Both the position numbers and the translations under genes were made by a program. Positions 45,020 through 60,000 of a stretch of DNA of 64,000 bases are shown piece after piece. The stretch is from contig OZ024743.1 of assembly GCA_964016885.1 (NCBI GenBank), positions 208,320,001 through 208,384,000 on the forward strand. The letters are read 5' to 3'. Position 1 is the stretch's first letter. Every line of letters starts with the position of its first letter. This DNA is from Eledone cirrhosa (Eukaryota). Under the pieces are notes generated by a model that was not told the origin of the DNA, did no database searches, and saw only the letters and a list, made by a program, of their open reading frames with translations.

Positions 45020-48000
45020 ATCCTATTGCCACAGATGAAAGCTCTTCACTCCATAAGATATACCACAGTTTACAATCCTATAGCCACACATGAAAGCTCT
45101 TCACTCCATAACATATACCACAGTTTACCATCCTATAGCCACACATGAAAGCTCTTCGCTCCATAAGATATACCACAGTTTACCATCCTATAGCCACACA
45201 TGAAAGCTCTTCACTCCATAAGATATACCACATTTTACCATCCTATAGCCACACATGAAAGCTCTTCACTCCATAAGATATACCACAGTTTACCATCCTA
45301 TAGCCACAGATGAAAGCTCTTCACTCCATAAGATATACCACAGTTTAACATCCTATAGCCACACATGAAAGCTCTTCACTCCATAAGATATACCACAGTT
45401 TACCATCCTATAGCCACACATGAAAGCTCTTCACTCCATAAGATATACAACAGTTTACCATCCTATAGCCACAGATGAAAGCTCTTCACTCCATAAGATA
45501 TACCACAGTTGACCATCCTATAGCTAGATGAAAGCTCTTCACTCCATAAGATATACCACAGTTTACCATCCTATAGCCACAGATGAAAGCTCTTCACTCC
45601 ATAAGATATACCACAGTTTACCATCCTATAGCCACACATGAAAGCTCTTCACTCCATAAGATATACCACAGTTTACCATCCTATAGCCACACATGAAAGC
45701 TCTTTACTACATAAGATATACCACAGTTTACCATCCTATAGCCACACATGAAAGCTCTTCACTCCATAAGATATACCACAATTTACCATCCTATAGCCAC
45801 ACATGAAAGCTCTTCACTCCATAAGATATACCACAGTTTACCATCCTATAGCCACGCCACGGATGAAAGCTCTTCACTCCATAAGATATACCACAGTTTA
45901 CCATCCTATAGCCACACATGAAAGCTCTTCACTCCATAAGATATACCACAGTTTACCATCCTATTGCCACAGATGAAAGCTCTTCACTCCATAAGATATA
46001 CCACAGTTTACAATCCTATAGCCACACATGAAAGCTCTTCACTCTATAACATATACCACAGTTTACCATCCTATAGCCACACATGAAAGCTCTTCGCTCC
46101 ATAAGATATACCACAGTTTACCATCCTATAGCCACACATGAAAGCTCTTCACTCCATAAGATATACCACAGTTTACCATCCTATAGCCACACATGAAAGC
46201 TCTTCACTCCATAAGATATACCACAGTTTACCATCCAATAGCCACAGATGAAAGCTCTTCACTCCATAAGATATACCACAGTTTACCATCCTATAGCCAC
46301 ACATGAAAGCTCTTCACTCCATAAGATATACCACAGTTTACCATCCTATAGCCACACATGAAAGCTCTTCACTCCATAAGATATAACACAGTTTACCATG
46401 TTATAGCCACAGATGAAAGCTCTTCACTCCATAAGATATACCACAGTTTACCATCCTATAGCCACACATGAAAGCTCTTCACTCCATAAGATATACCACA
46501 GTTTACCATCCTATAGCCACACATGAAAGCTCTTCTCTCCGTAAGATATACCACAGTTTACCATCCTATAGCCACAGATGAAAGCTCTTCACTCCATAAG
46601 ATATACCACAGTTTACCATCCTATAGCTAGATGAAAGCTCTTCACTCCATATGATATACCACAGTTTACCATCCTATAGCCACAGATGAAAGCTCTTCAC
46701 TCCATAAGATATACCACAGTTTACCATCCTATAGCCACACATGAAAGCTCTTCACTCCATAAGATATACCACAGTTTACCATCCTATAGCCACACATGAA
46801 AGCTCTTCACTCCATAAGATATACCACAGTTTACCATCCTATAGCCACACATGAAAGCTCTTCACTCCATAAGATATACCACAGTTTACCATCCTATAGC
46901 CACAGATGAAAGCTCGTCACTCCATAAGATATACCACAGTTTACCATCCTATAGCCACACATGAAAGCTCTTCACTCCATAAGATATAGCACAGTTTACC
47001 ATCCTATAGCCACGCCACGGATGAAAGCTCTTCACTCCATAAGATATACCACAGTTTACCATCCTATAGCCACACATGAAAGCTCTTCACTCCATAAGAT
47101 ATACCACAGTTTACCATCATATAGCCACACATGAAAGCTCTTCACTCCATAAGATATACCACAGTTTACCATCCTATAGCCACAGATGAAAGCTCTTCAC
47201 TCCATAAGATATACCACAGTTTACCATCCTATAGGCACTCATGAAAGCTCTTCACTCCATAAGATATACCACAGTTTACCATCCTATAGCCACACATGAA
47301 AGCTCTTTACTCCATAAGATATACCACAGTTTACCATCCTATAGCCACAGATGAAAGCTCTTCACTCCATAAGATATACCACAGTTTAACATCCTATAGC
47401 CACACATGAAAGCTCTTCACTCCATAAGATATACCACAGTTTTCCATCCTATAGCCACACATGAAAGCTCTTCACTCCATAAGATATACAACAGTTTACC
47501 ATCCTATAGCCACAGATGAAAGCTCTTCACTCCATAAGATATACCACAGTTGACCATCCTATAGCTAGATGAAAGCTCTTCACTCCATAAGATATACCAC
47601 AGTTTACCATCCTATAGCCACAGATGAAAGCTCTTCACTCCATAAGATATACCACAGTTTACCATCCTATAGCCACACATGAAAGCTCTTCACTCCATAA
47701 GATATACCACAGTTTACCATCCTATAGCCACACATGAAAGCTCTTTACTACATAAGATATACCACAGTTTACCATCCTATAGCCACACATGAAAGCTCTT
47801 CACTCCATAAGATATACCACAGTTTACCATCCTATAGCCACACATGAAAGCTCTTCACTCCATAAGATATACCACAGTTTACCATCCTATAGCCACACAT
47901 GAAAGCTCTTCACTCCATAAGATATACCACAGTTTACCATCCTATAGCCACACATGAAAGCTCTTCACTCCATAAGATATACCACAGTTTACCATCCTAT

Positions 48001-51000
48001 AGCCACACATGAAAGCTCTTCACTCCATAAGATATACCACAGTTTACCATCCTATAGCCACACATGAAAGCTCTTCACTCCATAAGATATACCACAGTTT
48101 ACCATCCTATAGCCACGCCACGGATGAAAGCTCTTCACTCCATAAGATATACCACAGTTTACCATCCTATAGCCACACATGAAAGCTCTTCACTCCATAA
48201 GATATACCACAGTTTACCATCCTATTGCCACAGATGAAAGCTCTTCACTCCATAAGATATACCACAGTTTACAATCCTATAGCCACACATGAAAGCTCTT
48301 CACTCCATAACATATACCACAGTTTACCATCCTATAGCCACACATGAAAGCTCTTCGCTCCATAAGATATACCACAGTTTACCATCCTATAGCCACACAT
48401 GAAAGCTCTTCACTCCATAAGATATACCACAGTTTACCATCCTATAGCCACACATGAAAGCTCTTCACTCCATAAGATATACCACAGTTTACCATCCTAT
48501 AGCCACAGATGAAAGCTCTTCACTCCATAAGATATACCACAGTTTACCATCCTATTGCCACAGATGAAAGCTCTTCACTCCATAAGATATACCACAGTTT
48601 ACAATCCTATAGCCACACATGAAAGCTCTTCACTCCATAACATATACCACAGTTTACCATCCTATAGCCACACATGAAAGCTCTTCGCTCCATAAGATAT
48701 ACCACAGTTTACCATCCTATAGCCACACATGAAAGCTCTTCACTCCATAAGATATACCACATTTTACCATCCTATAGCCACACATGAAAGCTCTTCACTC
48801 CATAAGATATACCACAGTTTACCATCCTATAGCCACAGATGAAAGCTCTTCACTCCATAAGATATACCACAGTTTAACATCCTATAGCCACACATGAAAG
48901 CTCTTCACTCCATAAGATATACCACAGTTTACCATCCTATAGCCACACATGAAAGCTCTTCACTCCATAAGATATACAACAGTTTACCATCCTATAGCCA
49001 CAGATGAAAGCTCTTCACTCCATAAGATATACCACAGTTGACCATCCTATAGCTAGATGAAAGCTCTTCACTCCATAAGATATACCACAGTTTACCATCC
49101 TATAGCCACACATGAAAGCTCTTCACTCCATAAGATATACCACAGTTTACCATCCTATAGCCACACATGAAAGCTCTTTACTACATAAGATATACCACAG
49201 TTTACCATCCTATAGCCACACATGAAAGCTCTTCACTCCATAAGATATACCACAATTTACCATCCTATAGCCACACATGAAAGCTCTTCACTCCATAAGA
49301 TATACCACAGTTTACCATCCTATAGCCACGCCACGGATGAAAGCTCTTCACTCCATAAGATATACCACAGTTTACCATCCTATAGCCACACATGAAAGCT
49401 CTTCACTCCATAAGATATACCACAGTTTACCATCCTATTGCCACAGATGAAAGCTCTTCACTCCATAAGATATACCACAGTTTACAATCCTATAGCCACA
49501 CATGAAAGCTCTTCACTCTATAACATATACCACAGTTTACCATCCTATAGCCACACATGAAAGCTCTTCACTCCATAACATATACCACAGTTTACCATCC
49601 TATAGCCACACATGAAAGCTCTTCGCTCCATAAGATATACCACAGTTTACCATCCTATAGCCACACATGAAAGCTCTTCACTCCATAAGATATACCACAG
49701 TTTACCATCCTATAGCCACACATGAAAGCTCTTCACTCCATAAGATATACCACAGTTTACCATCCTATAGCCACAGATGAAAGCTCTTCACTCCATAAGA
49801 TATACCACAGTTTACCATCCTATTGCCACAGATGAAAGCTCTTCACTCCATAAGATATACCACAGTTTACAATCCTATAGCCACACATGAAAGCTCTTCA
49901 CTCCATAACATATACCACAGTTTACCATCCTATAGCCACACATGAAAGCTCTTCGCTCCATAAGATATACCACAGTTTACCATCCTATAGCCACACATGA
50001 AAGCTCTTCACTCCATAAGATATACCACATTTTACCATCCTATAGCCACACATGAAAGCTCTTCACTCCATAAGATATACCACAGTTTACCATCCTATAG
50101 CCACAGATGAAAGCTCTTCACTCCATAAGATATACCACAGTTTAACATCCTATAGCCACACATGAAAGCTCTTCACTCCATAAGATATACCACAGTTTAC
50201 CATCCTATAGCCACACATGAAAGCTCTTCACTCCATAAGATATACAACAGTTTACCATCCTATAGCCACAGATGAAAGCTCTTCACTCCATAAGATATAC
50301 CACAGTTGACCATCCTATAGCTAGATGAAAGCTCTTCACTCCATAAGATATACCACAGTTTACCATCCTATAGCCACAGATGAAAGCTCTTCACTCCATA
50401 AGATATACCACAGTTTACCATCCTATAGCCACACATGAAAGCTCTTCACTCCATAAGATATACCACAGTTTACCATCCTATAGCCACACATGAAAGCTCT
50501 TTACTACATAAGATATACCACAGTTTACCATCCTATAGCCACACATGAAAGCTCTTCACTCCATAAGATATACCACAATTTACCATCCTATAGCCACACA
50601 TGAAAGCTCTTCACTCCATAAGATATACCACAGTTTACCATCCTATAGCCACGCCACGGATGAAAGCTCTTCACTCCATAAGATATACCACAGTTTACCA
50701 TCCTATAGCCACACATGAAAGCTCTTCACTCCATAAGATATACCACAGTTTACCATCCTATTGCCACAGATGAAAGCTCTTCACTCCATAAGATATACCA
50801 CAGTTTACAATCCTATAGCCACACATGAAAGCTCTTCACTCTATAACATATACCACAGTTTACCATCCTATAGCCACACATGAAAGCTCTTCGCTCCATA
50901 AGATATACCACAGTTTACCATCCTATAGCCACACATGAAAGCTCTTCACTCCATAAGATATACCACAGTTTACCATCCTATAGCCACACATGAAAGCTCT

Positions 51001-54000
51001 TCACTCCATAAGATATACCACAGTTTACCATCCAATAGCCACAGATGAAAGCTCTTCACTCCATAAGATATACCACAGTTTACCATCCTATAGCCACACA
51101 TGAAAGCTCTTCACTCCATAAGATATACCACAGTTTACCATCCTATAGCCACACATGAAAGCTCTTCACTCCATAAGATATAACACAGTTTACCATGTTA
51201 TAGCCACAGATGAAAGCTCTTCACTCCATAAGATATACCACAGTTTACCATCCTATAGCCACACATGAAAGCTCTTCACTCCATAAGATATACCACAGTT
51301 TACCATCCTATAGCCACACATGAAAGCTCTTCTCTCCGTAAGATATACCACAGTTTACCATCCTATAGCCACAGATGAAAGCTCTTCACTCCATAAGATA
51401 TACCACAGTTTACCATCCTATAGCTAGATGAAAGCTCTTCACTCCATATGATATACCACAGTTTACCATCCTATAGCCACAGATGAAAGCTCTTCACTCC
51501 ATAAGATATACCACAGTTTACCATCCTATAGCCACACATGAAAGCTCTTCACTCCATAAGATATACCACAGTTTACCATCCTATAGCCACACATGAAAGC
51601 TCTTCACTCCATAAGATATACCACAGTTTACCATCCTATAGCCACACATGAAAGCTCTTCACTCCATAAGATATACCACAGTTTACCATCCTATAGCCAT
51701 AGATGAAAGCTCGTCACTCCATAAGATATACCACAGTTTACCATCCTATAGCCACACATGAAAGCTCTTCACTCCATAAGATATAGCACAGTTTACCATC
51801 CTATAGCCACGCCACGGATGAAAGCTCTTCACTCCATAAGATATACCACAGTTTACCATCCTATAGCCACACATGAAAGCTCTTCACTCCATAAGATATA
51901 CCACAGTTTACCATCATATAGCCACACATGAAAGCTCTTCACTCCATAAGATATACCACAGTTTACCATCCTATAGCCACAGATGAAAGCTCTTCACTCC
52001 ATAAGATATACCACAGTTTACCATCCTATAGGCACTCATGAAAGCTCTTCACTCCATAAGATATACCACAGTTTACCATCCTATAGCCACACATGAAAGC
52101 TCTTTACTCCATAAGATATACCACAGTTTACCATCCTATAGCCACAGATGAAAGCTCTTCACTCCATAAGATATACCACAGTTTAACATCCTATAGCCAC
52201 ACATGAAAGCTCTTCACTCCATAAGATATACCACAGTTTACCATCCTATAGCCACACATGAAAGCTCTTCACTCCATAAGATATACAACAGTTTACCATC
52301 CTATAGCCACAGATGAAAGCTCTTCACTCCATAAGATATACCACAGTTGACCATCCTATAGCTAGATGAAAGCTCTTCACTCCATAAGATATACCACAGT
52401 TTACCATCCTATAGCCACAGATGAAAGCTCTTCACTCCATAAGATATACCACAGTTTACCATCCTATAGCCACACATGAAAGCTCTTCACTCCATAAGAT
52501 ATACCACAGTTTACCATCCTATAGCCACACATGAAAGCTCTTTACTACATAAGATATACCACAGTTTACCATCCTATAGCCACACATGAAAGCTCTTCAC
52601 TCCATAAGATATACCACAGTTTACCATCCTATAGCCACACATGAAAGCTCTTCACTCCATAAGATATACCACAGTTTACCATCCTATAGCCACACATGAA
52701 AGCTCTTCACTCCATAAGATATACCACAGTTTACCATCCTATAGCCACACATGAAAGCTCTTCACTCCATAAGATATACCACAGTTTACCATCCTATAGC
52801 CACACATGAAAGCTCTTCACTCCATAAGATATACCACAGTTTACCATCCTATAGCCACACATGAAAGCTCTTCACTCCATAAGATATACCACAGTTTACC
52901 ATCCTATAGCCACGCCACGGATGAAAGCTCTTCACTCCATAAGATATACCACAGTTTACCATCCTATAGCCACACATGAAAGCTCTTCACTCCATAAGAT
53001 ATACCACAGTTTACCATCCTATTGCCACAGATGAAAGCTCTTCACTCCATAAGATATACCACAGTTTACAATCCTATAGCCACACATGAAAGCTCTTCAC
53101 TCCATAACATATACCACAGTTTACCATCCTATAGCCACACATGAAAGCTCTTCGCTCCATAAGATATACCACAGTTTACCATCCTATAGCCACACATGAA
53201 AGCTCTTCACTCCATAAGATATACCACAGTTTACCATCCTATAGCCACACATGAAAGCTCTTCACTCCATAAGATATACCACAGTTTACCATCCTATAGC
53301 CACAGATGAAAGCTCTTCACTCCATAAGATATACCACAGTTTACCATCCTATAGCCACACATGAAAGCTCTTCACTCCATAAGATATACCACAGTTTACC
53401 ATCCTATAGCCACACATGAAAGCTCTTCACTCCATAAGATATAACACAGTTTACCATCTTATAGCCACAGATGAAAGCTCTTCACTCCATAAGATATACC
53501 ACAGTTTACCATCCTATAGCCACACATGAAAGCTCTTCACTCCATAAGATATACCACAGTTTACCATCCTATAGCCACACATGAAAGCTCTTCACTCCGT
53601 AAGATATACCACAGTTTACCATCCTATAGCCACAGATGAAAGCTCTTCACTCCATAAGATATACCACAGTTTACCATCCTATAGCTAGATGAAAGCTCTT
53701 CACTCCATATGATATACCACAGTTTACCATCCTATAGCCACAGATGAAAGCTCTTCACTCCATAAGATATACCACAGTTTACCATCCTATAGCCACACAT
53801 GAAAGCTCTTTACTCCATAAGATATACCACAGTTTACCATCCTATAGCCACACATGAAAGCTCTTCACTCCATAAGATATACCACAGTTTACCATCCTAT
53901 AGCCACACATGAAAGCTCTTCACTCCATAAGATATACCACAGTTTACCATCCTATAGCCACACATGAAAGCTCTTCACTCCATAAGATATACCACAGTTT

Positions 54001-57000
54001 ACCATCCTATAGCCACACATGAAAGCTCTTCACTCCATAAGATATACCACAGTTTACCATCCTATAGCCACAGATGAAAGCTCTTCACTCCATAAGATAT
54101 ACCACAGTTTACCATCCTATTGCCACAGATGAAAGCTCTTCACTCCATAAGATATACCACAGTTTACAATCCTATAGCCACACATGAAAGCTCTTCACTC
54201 CATAACATATACCACAGTTTACCATCCTATAGCCACACATGAAAGCTCTTCGCTCCATAAGATATACCACAGTTTACCATCCTATAGCCACACATGAAAG
54301 CTCTTCACTCCATAAGATATACCACATTTTACCATCCTATAGCCACACATGAAAGCTCTTCACTCCATAAGATATACCACAGTTTACCATCCTATAGCCA
54401 CAGATGAAAGCTCTTCACTCCATAAGATATACCACAGTTTAACATCCTATAGCCACACATGAAAGCTCTTCACTCCATAAGATATACCACAGTTTACCAT
54501 CCTATAGCCACACATGAAAGCTCTTCACTCCATAAGATATACAACAGTTTACCATCCTATAGCCACAGATGAAAGCTCTTCACTCCATAAGATATACCAC
54601 AGTTGACCATCCTATAGCTAGATGAAAGCTCTTCACTCCATAAGATATACCACAGTTTACCATCCTATAGCCACAGATGAAAGCTCTTCACTCCATAAGA
54701 TATACCACAGTTTACCATCCTATAGCCACACATGAAAGCTCTTCACTCCATAAGATATACCACAGTTTACCATCCTATAGCCACACATGAAAGCTCTTTA
54801 CTACATAAGATATACCACAGTTTACCATCCTATAGCCACACATGAAAGCTCTTCACTCCATAAGATATACCACAATTTACCATCCTATAGCCACACATGA
54901 AAGCTCTTCACTCCATAAGATATACCACAGTTTACCATCCTATAGCCACGCCACGGATGAAAGCTCTTCACTCCATAAGATATACCACAGTTTACCATCC
55001 TATAGCCACACATGAAAGCTCTTCACTCCATAAGATATACCACAGTTTACCATCCTATTGCCACAGATGAAAGCTCTTCACTCCATAAGATATACCACAG
55101 TTTACAATCCTATAGCCACACATGAAAGCTCTTCACTCTATAACATATACCACAGTTTACCATCCTATAGCCACACATGAAAGCTCTTCGCTCCATAAGA
55201 TATACCACAGTTTACCATCCTATAGCCACACATGAAAGCTCTTCACTCCATAAGATATACCACAGTTTACCATCCTATAGCCACACATGAAAGCTCTTCA
55301 CTCCATAAGATATACCACAGTTTACCATCCAATAGCCACAGATGAAAGCTCTTCACTCCATAAGATATACCACAGTTTACCATCCTATAGCCACACATGA
55401 AAGCTCTTCACTCCATAAGATATACCACAGTTTACCATCCTATAGCCACACATGAAAGCTCTTCACTCCATAAGATATAACACAGTTTACCATGTTATAG
55501 CCACAGATGAAAGCTCTTCACTCCATAAGATATACCACAGTTTACCATCCTATAGCCACACATGAAAGCTCTTCACTCCATAAGATATACCACAGTTTAC
55601 CATCCTATAGCCACACATGAAAGCTCTTCTCTCCGTAAGATATACCACAGTTTACCATCCTATAGCCACAGATGAAAGCTCTTCACTCCATAAGATATAC
55701 CACAGTTTACCATCCTATAGCTAGATGAAAGCTCTTCACTCCATATGATATACCACAGTTTACCATCCTATAGCCACAGATGAAAGCTCTTCACTCCATA
55801 AGATATACCACAGTTTACCATCCTATAGCCACACATGAAAGCTCTTCACTCCATAAGATATACCACAGTTTACCATCCTATAGCCACAAATGAAAGCTCT
55901 TCACTCCATAAGATATACCACAGTTTACCATCCTATAGCCACACATGAAAGCTCTTCACTCCATAAGATATACCACAGTTTACCATCCTATAGCCATAGA
56001 TGAAAGCTCGTCACTCCATAAGATATACCACAGTTTACCATCCTATAGCCACACATGAAAGCTCTTCACTCCATAAGATATAGCACAGTTTACCATCCTA
56101 TAGCCACGCCACGGATGAAAGCTCTTCACTCCATAAGATATACCACAGTTTACCATCCTATAGCCACACATGAAAGCTCTTCACTCCATAAGATATACCA
56201 CAGTTTACCATCATATAGCCACACATGAAAGCTCTTCACTCCATAAGATATACCACAGTTTACCATCCTATAGCCACAGATGAAAGCTCTTCACTCCATA
56301 AGATATACCACAGTTTACCATCCTATAGGCACTCATGAAAGCTCTTCACTCCATAAGATATACCACAGTTTACCATCCTATAGCCACACATGAAAGCTCT
56401 TTACTCCATAAGATATACCACAGTTTACCATCCTATAGCCACAGATGAAAGCTCTTCACTCCATAAGATATACCACAGTTTAACATCCTATAGCCACACA
56501 TGAAAGCTCTTCACTCCATAAGATATACCACAGTTTACCATCCTATAGCCACACATGAAAGCTCTTCACTCCATAAGATATACAACAGTTTACCATCCTA
56601 TAGCCACAGATGAAAGCTCTTCACTCCATAAGATATACCACAGTTGACCATCCTATAGCTAGATGAAAGCTCTTCACTCCATAAGATATACCACAGTTTA
56701 CCATCCTATAGCCACAGATGAAAGCTCTTCACTCCATAAGATATACCACAGTTTACCATCCTATAGCCACACATGAAAGCTCTTCACTCCATAAGATATA
56801 CCACAGTTTACCATCCTATAGCCACACATGAAAGCTCTTTACTACATAAGATATACCACAGTTTACCATCCTATAGCCACACATGAAAGCTCTTCACTCC
56901 ATAAGATATACCACAGTTTACCATCCTATAGCCACACATGAAAGCTCTTCACTCCATAAGATATACCACAGTTTACCATCCTATAGCCACACATGAAAGC

Positions 57001-60000
57001 TCTTCACTCCATAAGATATACCACAGTTTACCATCCTATAGCCACACATGAAAGCTCTTCACTCCATAAGATATACCACAGTTTACCATCCTATAGCCAC
57101 ACATGAAAGCTCTTCACTCCATAAGATATACCACAGTTTACCATCCTATAGCCACACATGAAAGCTCTTCACTCCATAAGATATACCACAGTTTACCATC
57201 CTATAGCCACGCCACGGATGAAAGCTCTTCACTCCATAAGATATACCACAGTTTACCATCCTATAGCCACACATGAAAGCTCTTCACTCCATAAGATATA
57301 CCACAGTTTACCATCCTATTGCCACAGATGAAAGCTCTTCACTCCATAAGATATACCACAGTTTACAATCCTATAGCCACACATGAAAGCTCTTCACTCC
57401 ATAACATATACCACAGTTTACCATCCTATAGCCACACATGAAAGCTCTTCGCTCCATAAGATATACCACAGTTTACCATCCTATAGCCACACATGAAAGC
57501 TCTTCACTCCATAAGATATACCACAGTTTACCATCCTATAGCCACACATGAAAGCTCTTCACTCCATAAGATATACCACAGTTTACCATCCTATAGCCAC
57601 AGATGAAAGCTCTTCACTCCATAAGATATACCACAGTTTACCATCCTATAGCCACACATGAAAGCTCTTCACTCCATAAGATATACCACAGTTTACCATC
57701 CTATAGCCACACATGAAAGCTCTTCACTCCATAAGATATAACACAGTTTACCATCTTATAGCCACAGATGAAAGCTCTTCACTCCATAAGATATACCACA
57801 GTTTACCATCCTATAGCCACACATGAAAGCTCTTCACTCCATAAGATATACCACAGTTTACCATCCTATAGCCACACATGAAAGCTCTTCACTCCGTAAG
57901 ATATACCACAGTTTACCATCCTATAGCCACAGATGAAAGCTCTTCACTCCATAAGATATACCACAGTTTACCATCCTATAGCTAGATGAAAGCTCTTCAC
58001 TCCATATGATATACCACAGTTTACCATCCTATAGCCACAGATGAAAGCTCTTCACTCCATAAGATATACCACAGTTTACCATCCTATAGCCACACATGAA
58101 AGCTCTTTACTCCATAAGATATACCACAGTTTACCATCCTATAGCCACACATGAAAGCTCTTCACTCCATAAGATATACCACAGTTTACCATCCTATAGC
58201 CACACATGAAAGCTCTTCACTCCATAAGATATACCACAGTTTACCATCCTATAGCCACACATGAAAGCTCTTCACTCCATAAGATATACCACAGTTTACC
58301 ATCCTATTGCCACAGATGAAAGCTCTTCACTCCATAAGATATACCACAGTTTACAATCCTATAGCCACACATGAAAGCTCTTCACTCCATAACATATACC
58401 ACAGTTTACCATCCTATAGCCACACATGAAAGCTCTTCGCTCCATAAGATATACCACAGTTTACCATCCTATAGCCACACATGAAAGCTCTTCACTCCAT
58501 AAGATATACCACAGTTTACCATCCTATAGCCACACATGAAAGCTCTTCACTCCATAAGATATACCACAGTTTACCATCCTATAGCCACAGATGAAAGCTC
58601 TTCACTCCATAAGATATACCACAGTTTACCATCCTATAGCCACACATGAAAGCTCTTCACTCCATAAGATATACCACAGTTTACCATCCTATAGCCACAC
58701 ATGAAAGCTCTTCACTCCATAAGATATAACACAGTTTACCATCTTATAGCCACAGATGAAAGCTCTTCACTCCATAAGATATACCACAGTTTACCATCCT
58801 ATAGCCACACATGAAAGCTCTTCACTCCATAAGATATACCACAGTTTACCATCCTATAGCCACACATGAAAGCTCTTCACTCCGTAAGATATACCACAGT
58901 TTACCATCCTATAGCCACAGATGAAAGCTCTTCACTCCATAAGATATACCACAGTTTACCATCCTATAGCTAGATGAAAGCTCTTCACTCCATATGATAT
59001 ACCACAGTTTACCATCCTATAGCCACAGATGAAAGCTCTTCACTCCATAAGATATACCACAGTTTACCATCCTATAGCCACACATGAAAGCTCTTTACTC
59101 CATAAGATATACCACAGTTTACCATCCTATAGCCACACATGAAAGCTCTTCACTCCATAAGATATACCACAGTTTACCATCCTATAGCCACACATGAAAG
59201 CTCTTCACTCCATAAGATATACCACAGTTTACCATCCTATAGCCACACATGAAAGCTCTTCACTCCATAAGATATACCACAGTTTACCATCCTATAGCCA
59301 CACATGAAAGCTCTTCACTCCATAAGATATACCACAGTTTACCATCCTATAGCCACACATGAAAGCTCTTCACTCCATAAGAAATACCACAGTTTACCAT
59401 CCTATAGCCACGCCACGGATGAAAGCTCTTCACTCCATAAGATATACCACAGTTTACCAGCCTATAGCCACACATGAAAGCTCTTCACTCCATAAGATAT
59501 ACCACAGTTTACCATCCTATTGCCACAGATGAAAGCTCTTCACTCCATAAGATATACCACAGTTTACAATCCTATAGCCACACATGAAAGCTCTTCACTC
59601 CATAACATATACCACAGTTTACCATCCTATAGCCACACATGAAAGCTCTTCGCTCCATAAGATATACCACAGTTTACCATCCTATAGCCACACATGAAAG
59701 CTCTTCACTCCATAAGATATACCACATTTTACCATCCTATAGCCACACATGAAAGCTCTTCACTCCATAAGATATACCACAGTTTACCATCCTATAGCCA
59801 CAGATGAAAGCTCTTCACTCCATAAGATATACCACAGTTTAACATCCTATAGCCACACATGAAAGCTCTTCACTCCATAAGATATACCACAGTTTACCAT
59901 CCTATAGCCACACATGAAAGCTCTTCACTCCATAAGATATACAACAGTTTACCATCCTATAGCCACAGATGAAAGCTCTTCACTCCATAAGATATACCAC